From NCBI RefSeq assembly GCF_003966335.1, contig NZ_CP034549.1, positions 2,310,001 through 2,342,000 on the forward strand: a DNA stretch of 32,000 nt. The letters are read 5' to 3'. Position 1 is the stretch's first letter, and each line of letters opens with the position of its first letter. Positions 8,987-16,135 of this stretch are shown one piece after another. Origin of the DNA: Nonlabens ponticola (lineage in GTDB: Bacteria; Bacteroidota; Bacteroidia; Flavobacteriales; Flavobacteriaceae). Under the pieces are notes generated by a model. The model saw only the letters and a program-made list of their open reading frames with translations. It searched no databases and had not been told where the DNA came from. Position numbers and translations under genes: made by a program.

Positions 8987-9005
8987 CTATTATTTATTTC
9001 AGGAA

Positions 9006-9878
9006 TTACTTGCCTGCTTTAGCGTTTTGCTTTGCCTGCTCCATTCCTTTCTCTACCATATCAAAGAATTGATCTAGCTTAGGAAGAACGATGATGCGTG
9101 TACGTCTGTTTTTTGCGCGACCTTCGGCAGTATCGTTACTCGCTACAGGAATGTAGTAGCTTCTACCTGCTGCCGTCATGCGTGATGGTGCCACGTCAAA
9201 GTCTTCTTGTAGGATGCGAGTAACCGCAAGTGCACGAGCTGTACTCAATGCCCAGTTGTCCTTGAATTGTGGCGTATTGATAGGCTGATTGTCCGTGTGA
9301 CCTTCTACCATGATCTCAATCTCTGGCTTGTCGTTCACCACTTTGGCAACTTTACCTAGTACGTTTTTAGCATTATTGTTTACCGTCGCGCTACCGCTAG
9401 GGAATAACAACTTGTCACTGATGGATACATAAACAACACCTTTCTCAACATTGATGCTTATGTCCTCATCGTTCAAGTTACCCAATGAACTCTTCAAACT
9501 AGTAACGAGTGCTAGTGTCACACTGTCTTTTCTAGTGATCGCATCGTTAAGTGTCTTGATTTGTAAATCTTTCTCGCGTAGGCTTTCTAGAGACTTCTCT
9601 AGATTTTCAGCACCTTTTTTAGAAAGTGTTGTCAACTCTCCAGTATTATTGATCAATGACTGGTTGTTCGCGCGCAAGTCTGCTACTTGAGCTTGAAGTG
9701 CTTGCAATCTTGCCTCGTTAGCTTTTTCTTCAGCCTCACAAGCATTGAGTCTTACGGTTGCTGTATCAAGTAACTCTTGAGTACGTTGTTGTTTTTCTAG
9801 AGCTGCGTCTAGATCTTTTTTTGATGCACATGACACTGCAAGTAGTGCAGATAGTGCGATAAAACCAAGTTTTTTCAT
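9006..9878 (-). CDS. OmpA-family (OmpA/MotB C-terminal domain) lipoprotein with N-terminal coiled coil
   Basis: 290 aa. Lipobox LAVSCAS. Has a heptad-rich Q/E/L/A region. The OmpA_C signature is present (GHTDNQPI, NWALSTARALAV, NRRTRI). Confidence 0.85.
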   Translation of the reverse strand: MKKLGFIALSALLAVSCASKKDLDAALEKQQRTQELLDTATVRLNACEAEEKANEARLQALQAQVADLRANNQSLINNTGELTTLSKKGAENLEKSLESLREKDLQIKTLNDAITRKDSVTLALVTSLKSSLGNLNDEDISINVEKGVVYVSISDKLLFPSGSATVNNNAKNVLGKVAKVVNDKPEIEIMVEGHTDNQPINTPQFKDNWALSTARALAVTRILQEDFDVAPSRMTAAGRSYYIPVASNDTAEGRAKNRRTRIIVLPKLDQFFDMVEKGMEQAKQNAKAGK

Positions 9879-9904
9879 TGTAGAATATTAATTAAAATAT
9901 GAGC

Positions 9905-9912
9905 CAAAAGTA
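9905..9912 (-). promoter_or_regulatory. candidate Bacteroidota -7 box (TACTTTTG) for the OmpA-family gene
   Basis: Matches TAnnTTTG on the minus strand about 27 nt upstream of the ATG at 9878. Confidence 0.3.
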
Positions 9913-9960
9913 TGAAGATTGCAACAGGTGAATGGCATATTAACAGATTTTTTTATCACA

Positions 9961-10965
9961 TCACAGTTGCTCAAACTTCTTGTTACCCTTGATATAGTAT
10001 TGATATACGATGGATGTGACTTCTCTAGAACGAGATGGTTTAAGATATAGTGCTTTGAGATGTTCCCGCTTTTTTAGAGATGCTCCCAACCTATTATAAA
10101 AATGAAAATGTGCTTTTAAGACGGCTGCAAGTTGTGCCGGCTGCGCAGCAATTAAAAATCTTAGGCCAGCTATACCATCAAGTATCATGCGCAAGAATAA
10201 GCGCAGCCATACATAATTGCCATAGTCATTCTTTACAATGGTGGTCAAACTGTTTCTAAAGTTCAAATAAGTTTTCCTAGGACTGCTCGCGGCAAGCGTT
10301 GCAGCACCTAGATGATAAACGATGGATGACGGTATGACCTTAATATCATGACCTTGATTGCGCAGTCGCCAGCACAGATCAATCTCTTCTTGATGGGCAA
10401 AAAAACTCTCGTCAAAGCCTTGTAGATTTATAAAAAGCTCTCTTCTTATAAATAAAGCCGCACCAGTTGCCCAATCGATAGACAACTCATCATCATACTG
10501 ACCTTGATCTTTTTCTACCGTGTCAAAAATGCGACCTCGACAGTAAGGATAGCCTAATTTATCAAGAAAGCCACCGCTAGCGCCTGCGTATTCAAACATG
10601 GACTTATCACGATCTGACAAAATTTTGGGCTGGCAAGCCGTCATAGATCTATTCCGTGCAAATGCCTCAAGAACAGGCTCACACCAGTTTGAGGTAACCG
10701 CAACATCGTTATTTAATAGACAAACGATATCTTCCTCGCAATGCTCCATCGCATAATTGTAACCACCTGCATATCCTAAGTTCTGCGGAATCTCGATAAT
10801 TTTCACTGCTGGATAATTGGATCGCAACCATTCCAGACTGTTGTCTTTCGAGGCATTGTCTGCGACGTAAATTCTATGTGGCGTACTATGCTCCACCACA
10901 CTAGGTAAATATTCTTCCAGCAGTTGCCTGCCATTCCAGTTAAGTATGACGATACCTAGATTCAT
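9961..10965 (-). CDS. family 2 glycosyltransferase
   Basis: 334 aa. N-terminal pattern IVILNWNG...YVADNASKD...LLNNDV is GT-A fold with a DxD-like motif. Its ATG overlaps the upstream stop (ATGA). Confidence 0.8.
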   Translation of the reverse strand: MNLGIVILNWNGRQLLEEYLPSVVEHSTPHRIYVADNASKDNSLEWLRSNYPAVKIIEIPQNLGYAGGYNYAMEHCEEDIVCLLNNDVAVTSNWCEPVLEAFARNRSMTACQPKILSDRDKSMFEYAGASGGFLDKLGYPYCRGRIFDTVEKDQGQYDDELSIDWATGAALFIRRELFINLQGFDESFFAHQEEIDLCWRLRNQGHDIKVIPSSIVYHLGAATLAASSPRKTYLNFRNSLTTIVKNDYGNYVWLRLFLRMILDGIAGLRFLIAAQPAQLAAVLKAHFHFYNRLGASLKKREHLKALYLKPSRSREVTSIVYQYYIKGNKKFEQL

Positions 10966-11408
10966 AGTACGTATTCAGGTAAATCTTCTATGAAACTATA
11001 TTTCTCATTCTTGTAATCCATCTGGCAGTAGTAATGCGACAAGCCGTTTGTGATCATGAGATAGTTTGCTTGGGTAATAAGATTGTATCTCGCGATTTGA
11101 TCAAAAACTTCTTGAGAAATATTGATGCTAGGTGCTTTACACTCTACTATTGTGTCAATACTGCCGTCCTTATTATATACCACAATATCGTATCGCTTTA
11201 TGGTTCCTGCGACTATCAACTGTTTCTCGATATTTATGAGACTTAGCGGTACTCTTTTATATTCTTGCAGCCAATTAATTACATGTTGACGTACCCATTC
11301 TTCTGGTGATAAATGCACGAACTTTTTGCGCACCTTATCAAAGATTAAGCGCCCTTTTTCTGTACTTTTAACCCTGAATTGCGCAGACGGTAGTCGCAGT
11401 GCCTCCAT
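10962..11408 (-). CDS. stand-alone HsdR N-terminal-like PD-(D/E)xK nuclease-fold protein
   Basis: 148 aa. E61...D74...E89-C-K91 (YDIVVY...IVECK) fits the PD-(D/E)xK pattern of the type I restriction HsdR N-terminal domain family. Confidence 0.6.
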   Translation of the reverse strand: MEALRLPSAQFRVKSTEKGRLIFDKVRKKFVHLSPEEWVRQHVINWLQEYKRVPLSLINIEKQLIVAGTIKRYDIVVYNKDGSIDTIVECKAPSINISQEVFDQIARYNLITQANYLMITNGLSHYYCQMDYKNEKYSFIEDLPEYVL

Positions 11409-11441
11409 ACGGCAATATTACAAAAACCACCACGGCTCTAC

Positions 11442-12449
11442 ATGAGTGATCTCCAGAATATTCTATCAGATATCAAGAGCAAGAAGTTTGCTCCTATATA
11501 TTTCCTGCATGGTGATGAACCCTATTTCATAGATCAGATAAGCAACTTGATCCAAGAAGAAGTCCTGACCGAGGCTGAGCGTGGATTCAATCAAATGGTA
11601 TTGTACGGCAAGGACGTCACCGTTGATGAGATTGTGGAGAATGCCAAACGTTTCCCGATGATGGCGCAATATCAGGTCATCATTGTTAAAGAGGCACAAC
11701 ATCTTGCTGCAAAGTTATCTGCCATGGAACAGTATGCTGCTGCACCATTGGAAAGCACGATACTTGTCCTCAATTTTAAATACAAGAAACCAGACGGCAG
11801 GAAAAAGGTTTTTAAACATATCAAGAAAAATGGTGTTGTATTTGACAGCAAACCCATCTATGATAACAAGATGCCTGCATGGATAACCAATTATCTTAAG
11901 GTAAAAAAGTACAGCATTGATCCTAAAGCCGTCCAGATGCTGGTGGAATTTCTAGGGAATGATCTGGGTCGAGTAAGTAACGAGCTAGAAAAACTGATGA
12001 TTGTCCACAAACCAGAATCGCCTATCACACCACAAGTTATTGAGGACAATATAGGAATCTCAAAAGATTACAACAATTTTGAATTACGAAAGGCCCTAGG
12101 CATGCGTGATGTGGTCAAGGTGCATCGCATCATCAATTATTTTGCTGATAATCCCAAGGAAAATCCGCTGGTATTGACCACGGCACAAATGCACAACTTT
12201 TTTGTACAGCTGCTCAAAGTACATGCACTCAAGGATCGGTCACCACGCAGCGTTGCTAAGGCTGCTGGCATCAATCCGTTTTTTGTGCAAGAACTATTGA
12301 CTGCCGTGCGCAATTATCCCATGAAATATTGCAGTCGTGCGATCAAATTGATACGCGAGATGGATGTTAAGTCAAAAGGTGTCGATGCCATCAACATAAG
12401 TCAAGCTGATTTACTCAAAGAAACTATGGTAAAAATCATGGCTACATGA
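11442..12449 (+). CDS. holA: DNA polymerase III subunit delta
   Basis: 335 aa. N-terminal segment FAPIYFLHGDEPYFID and overall length and pattern are typical of HolA. Confidence 0.8.
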   Translation: MSDLQNILSDIKSKKFAPIYFLHGDEPYFIDQISNLIQEEVLTEAERGFNQMVLYGKDVTVDEIVENAKRFPMMAQYQVIIVKEAQHLAAKLSAMEQYAAAPLESTILVLNFKYKKPDGRKKVFKHIKKNGVVFDSKPIYDNKMPAWITNYLKVKKYSIDPKAVQMLVEFLGNDLGRVSNELEKLMIVHKPESPITPQVIEDNIGISKDYNNFELRKALGMRDVVKVHRIINYFADNPKENPLVLTTAQMHNFFVQLLKVHALKDRSPRSVAKAAGINPFFVQELLTAVRNYPMKYCSRAIKLIREMDVKSKGVDAINISQADLLKETMVKIMAT

Positions 12450-13453
12450 GCAATTTTAAAGCATGGATCAGCGCGGCACGACCACGCACACTGCCGTTGA
12501 GCATTAGCGGTATCATACTGGGTAGTTGTTATGCTTATGGTTACAACGCTTTCGCGAAAGCGGTATTATTACTAGGTTCTCCGCAAACAAACGACGTCAT
12601 AAATCAACCCATTTTATTTGTAAAATTCAACTGGTGGATACCTGTACTAGCTTTGATTACCACTCTAGGTTTTCAGGTGCTGTCCAATTTTGCAAACGAT
12701 TATGGCGATGGCGTTAAAGGTACCGACAATGATGACCGTATTGGACCAATGCGTGCCATTCAAAGCGGCTTGATAAGCGCAGTACAAATGAAAAGAGCTA
12801 TGATTATCACGGCTTGCCTTACAGCTGTGAGCGCTATTAGTTTGATTTATGTGAGTTTAGGGTTGGAACAATTGATCACATCGCTGTTCTTTCTTGTGCT
12901 AGGCGTTGCCGCAATATGGGCCGCCATAAAATATACGGTAGGCGATAATGCTTATGGCTATCGTGGATTGGGTGATGTATTTGTTTTTATCTTTTTTGGC
13001 CCGGTAAGCGTGATCGGTGTTTATTACTTAATCGCGAGCCAACTTGAATGGTTGTTGTTGTTGCCATCATTGACCATTGGTTTGTTGAGTGTTGCCGTGC
13101 TCAACCTGAACAACATGCGTGATATCGAGAGCGATCGCAAGGCAGGAAAGAATACCATTCCCGTAAAAATAGGTATCACAAATGCCAAAAGGCTTCACTA
13201 CTCATTCATAGCCATCGCGCTGATTTCAATTATTGCATACATTTTTATAATAATTAAAACTTTAGGCAATGTGGTTGGTGATACAGAATGGCTATGGCTT
13301 CCTATCCTGGTTTTACCCATGTTGCTTGTTCACATCATCACAGTTTATCGCAATAAAGTTCCAGCACTACTCGACCCAGAACTTAAAAAAGTTGCACTCT
13401 CCACCTTCTTTATCGCGATCCTAACAATTATCGCAACAGCGAGAGTTTACTAG
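12446..13453 (+). CDS. menA: 1,4-dihydroxy-2-naphthoate polyprenyltransferase
   Basis: 335 aa polytopic membrane protein. Has the UbiA-family Asp-rich motifs NDYGDGVKGTD and NNMRDIESDRKAGKNT. Its ATG overlaps the holA stop (ATGA). Confidence 0.9.
   Translation: MSNFKAWISAARPRTLPLSISGIILGSCYAYGYNAFAKAVLLLGSPQTNDVINQPILFVKFNWWIPVLALITTLGFQVLSNFANDYGDGVKGTDNDDRIGPMRAIQSGLISAVQMKRAMIITACLTAVSAISLIYVSLGLEQLITSLFFLVLGVAAIWAAIKYTVGDNAYGYRGLGDVFVFIFFGPVSVIGVYYLIASQLEWLLLLPSLTIGLLSVAVLNLNNMRDIESDRKAGKNTIPVKIGITNAKRLHYSFIAIALISIIAYIFIIIKTLGNVVGDTEWLWLPILVLPMLLVHIITVYRNKVPALLDPELKKVALSTFFIAILTIIATARVY
12548..12561. repeat. copy 2 of GCTTTCGCGAAAGC (inside menA, read as AFAKA)
   Basis: Exact match. Corresponds to codons 35-39 of menA. 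Right flank GGTATT. Confidence 0.95.
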
Positions 13454-13633
13454 CTTTTAAAGAATTAAGTAATTATCATATTCTCAGTATTATGCACGCA
13501 TAATGAATTATTATTGATATTAGGATAATATATTCATGATTTGTTAGGTTATCTGCATTTAAAATCATTATATTTAAATTCACTAAAATCATTCTTATTG
13601 CAACAAATTACTCTACAATAAACTTATCGTACT

Positions 13634-13837
13634 ATGGCTAGAGCAATGTTTGAATACACCCTAACGGTGCTGGAAAAAATGACTTTTGACACCAATTTAT
13701 TTTGCAAGGAATTGCAAAAAGCGATGGATCGTCTACTTCCATTTGAAATATCAGAACTACAGATATGGCTGCAAGGAATCGTTTTGCAACATCCACAATT
13801 AAATGTGTGTTTACCTGAGTATAAAATGACACAATAG
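13634..13837 (+). CDS. hypothetical small protein (67 aa)
   Basis: ORF only. Predicted soluble and helical. Lies in an AT-rich gap. No motif recognised. Confidence 0.3.
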   Translation: MARAMFEYTLTVLEKMTFDTNLFCKELQKAMDRLLPFEISELQIWLQGIVLQHPQLNVCLPEYKMTQ

Positions 13838-13881
13838 TAGTCACTAGTAGTGATTAAAACCTCACCTTCATTAACAGTAAT

Positions 13882-14079
13882 ATGAAGTTCATTACCATCA
13901 TCGGTTTCGTAATCATTATCACCATACTGATGATCATATTCACATACTTATATAAAAAACGCCATCCTGAAAAGAGATGGCGTTTGAGTATTATCAATAT
14001 TTATAATTGGCAGGCAATAACTCTAGGAGTTATGTGTGTTATCGCCGGTCTTATTTTGATATTTAAGATCTTAATTTAG
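13882..14079 (+). CDS. hypothetical small membrane protein (65 aa, two hydrophobic helices)
   Basis: ORF only. Two ~20-aa hydrophobic segments are separated by the basic loop KKRHPEKRWR. Confidence 0.35.
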   Translation: MKFITIIGFVIIITILMIIFTYLYKKRHPEKRWRLSIINIYNWQAITLGVMCVIAGLILIFKILI

Positions 14080-14087
14080 TTCAGTTA

Positions 14088-15026
14088 CTATTTCTTAGAG
14101 AGCGGACTTATTATTTCCACATTACTAAAAGTAATAGCACCTTTTATCACGCCTGCGATAACTTCTTGCAGCGCGTCAATAATCTGCATCTTTAGACCAG
14201 ACTTGTGATAGATTAAACTTATCTCTCGTGCTGGTGATGGATCTTCAAAATGTCTGAGGTTTTTAGCTTTTGCCTCACTTAAATCTAGCGTATTCAAGTA
14301 AGGCAACAACGTGGTGCCCAGACCTTCATCAGACAGTTTGATAAGCGTTTCAAAACTACCGCTTTCTAGCATAAATCGTTCCTCGTCAGCATCTCTTGAG
14401 CTGCGACATAGGTTAAGCACACTATCCTTAAAGCAATGACCATCTTCTAATAACAACAGTTCATCTGTATTGAGGTCATCTACCTTGATCTTGCCTTTAC
14501 CATTCAATGAGTTTTTAGGATCATAACTCACAAAAGGCTCAAAGTACAATACGCGTTCCTTGATAAAATCATTTTCTAGCGGTGTCGCTGCAATCGCGGC
14601 ATCAATACTGCCTTCCATCAGGCCGTCTACAATATTTTCTGTAGTTAGTTCCTCGATGCGCAGACGCACTTTAGGATAACGGTTGATAAAATTGGTCAAG
14701 AACATAGGCAACAGTGTTGGCATCACCGTAGGTATCACGCCTATTTTAAAATCACCTCCAATAAATCCTTTCTCCTGATCTACTATATCTTGAATACGGT
14801 CACTCTCATTAACTATATTATGCGCTTGCTGTACGATCTTGCGACCAGTTTCTGTCAACTCAATCGGCTTTTTAGTACGATCAAATATTTGCACATCCAG
14901 CTCGTCTTCTAGCTTCTGGATTTGCATGCTTAATGTAGGCTGGGTAACAAAAACCTTGTTAGCCGCCTTAGTAAAATTTTGATATTGTGCTACCGCAAGA
15001 ACATATTTAAGTTGCGTGATGGTCAT
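14088..15026 (-). CDS. oxyR: LysR-family hydrogen peroxide-responsive regulator OxyR
   Basis: N-terminal LysR HTH (LKYVLAVAQYQNFTKAANKVFVTQPTLSMQIQKLE). Has the OxyR redox Cys pair in LLLEDGHCFKDSVLNLC. Divergent from tpx. I prefer the ATG at 15024-15026 over the TTG at 15042-15044 used in the ORF track. Confidence 0.8.
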   Translation of the reverse strand: MTITQLKYVLAVAQYQNFTKAANKVFVTQPTLSMQIQKLEDELDVQIFDRTKKPIELTETGRKIVQQAHNIVNESDRIQDIVDQEKGFIGGDFKIGVIPTVMPTLLPMFLTNFINRYPKVRLRIEELTTENIVDGLMEGSIDAAIAATPLENDFIKERVLYFEPFVSYDPKNSLNGKGKIKVDDLNTDELLLLEDGHCFKDSVLNLCRSSRDADEERFMLESGSFETLIKLSDEGLGTTLLPYLNTLDLSEAKAKNLRHFEDPSPAREISLIYHKSGLKMQIIDALQEVIAGVIKGAITFSNVEIISPLSKK

Positions 15027-15181
15027 GATAGATATTTTCTTCAAAATTAATTAATAGTATCGATTGGACTTATACCATTGCAAAGTCTTTATGATATATT
15101 CTTCCTTTTTAATTTAACATTATTCCAACTTAAAGGCAGGTGCTGTATGATACTTTAGTAAACAACCACAAAACAAACGAC

Positions 15182-15682
15182 ATGGCAACTATTACATTAG
15201 GAGGCAACGAGATACATACTAGCGGCGATTTACCCAAAGTGGGCAATAAAGCACCTGACTTTGAATTGACCACCGCAGATTTGAAATCAAAAACACTCGA
15301 GGACTTTAAAGGCAAACGAGTGATCATGAATATCTTTCCTAGTATTGACACAGATACTTGTGCGACATCTGTACGCAATTTCAACAAGCGCGCTACCGAG
15401 CTTGATAATACCACGGTACTTTGTATTTCTCGAGACACACCTTTTGCACAAAAGAGATTTGCCAATGACGAGGAAATCAATAACATAGTGAATTTGAGTG
15501 ACGTGCGCGATGGTTCTTTTGGTAAAACTTATGGACTAGACATGGTAGATGGCGCGATGAAAGGTTTTCACTCACGAGCAGTCGTGGTTTTGGATACAGA
15601 TGGTACCGTCATATATAATGAGCAAGTTCCAGAAATAGCTGATGAGCCTAATTATCTAGAAGCGCTCAAATCGCTGTTGTAG
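15182..15682 (+). CDS. tpx: thiol peroxidase (atypical 2-Cys peroxiredoxin)
   Basis: Peroxidatic Cys lies in FPSIDTDTCA and the resolving Cys in VLCISRDTPFAQKRF. The start MATITLGGNEIHTSG at 15182 matches the usual Tpx N-terminus. The track ORF begins further upstream, at 15140. Confidence 0.9.
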   Translation: MATITLGGNEIHTSGDLPKVGNKAPDFELTTADLKSKTLEDFKGKRVIMNIFPSIDTDTCATSVRNFNKRATELDNTTVLCISRDTPFAQKRFANDEEINNIVNLSDVRDGSFGKTYGLDMVDGAMKGFHSRAVVVLDTDGTVIYNEQVPEIADEPNYLEALKSLL

Positions 15683-15683
15683 A

Positions 15684-16061
15684 TTGAGTTTCCTTAAATT
15701 TTCATCTGGCAGAGTACGAGCGGTAGGCTATGCCTTCAAAGGAATGGTTGCACTAATCAGGCGAGAACCTAGTGTAAAGGTTCAGGTCTTTTTAACCGTT
15801 CTCGTCATCGCTGCTGGATTTTATTTTGAAATTACCGCAACTCAATGGATGTTTCAACTGTTGGCAGCTGGCTTGGTATTATCTGCCGAAGGTTTAAACA
15901 GCGCAGTAGAAGCTATTGCAGATTTCATCCATCCAGATTATCATTTGAAGATTGGACATATTAAAGACATCGCCGCTGGCGCTGTCTTTTTTGCTGCCAT
16001 TTTTTCAACCATCATCGGCTTGATCATCTATGTCCCGTACATCCTAGCCCTATTTGATTAG
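15684..16061 (+). CDS. dgkA: diacylglycerol/undecaprenol kinase family protein
   Basis: 125 aa with three TM helices. Has the SAEGLNSAVEAIADFIHP motif. TTG start lies 1 nt after the tpx stop. Confidence 0.75.
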   Translation: MSFLKFSSGRVRAVGYAFKGMVALIRREPSVKVQVFLTVLVIAAGFYFEITATQWMFQLLAAGLVLSAEGLNSAVEAIADFIHPDYHLKIGHIKDIAAGAVFFAAIFSTIIGLIIYVPYILALFD

Positions 16062-16110
16062 TCTGTCGATAACCTATTACCAATGCAATAGATTCTCGGT
16101 GCAATATTCC

Positions 16111-16118
16111 TATTTTTG
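16111..16118 (+). promoter_or_regulatory. candidate Bacteroidota -7 box (TATTTTTG) for ftsK
   Basis: Matches TAnnTTTG 17 nt upstream of the ATG at 16136. Confidence 0.3.
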
Positions 16119-16135
16119 TCCGTTCACTTACCAGT

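Noticed and set aside
13489-13504. Inverted repeat ATTATGC-ac-GCATAAT as the menA terminator
   Set aside because: The stem is AT-rich with a 2-nt loop (at best 6 bp with a 4-nt loop), and the U-tract is interrupted. That is too weak to list as a terminator, so it is noted only under the AT-rich islet finding.
15045-15181. OxyR operator (ATAG-n7-CTAT-n7-ATAG-n7-CTAT) in the oxyR-tpx spacer
   Set aside because: Starting from ATAG at 15054-15057, the register gives TGGA, CATT and CTTT at the next three positions. That is too weak a match to call.
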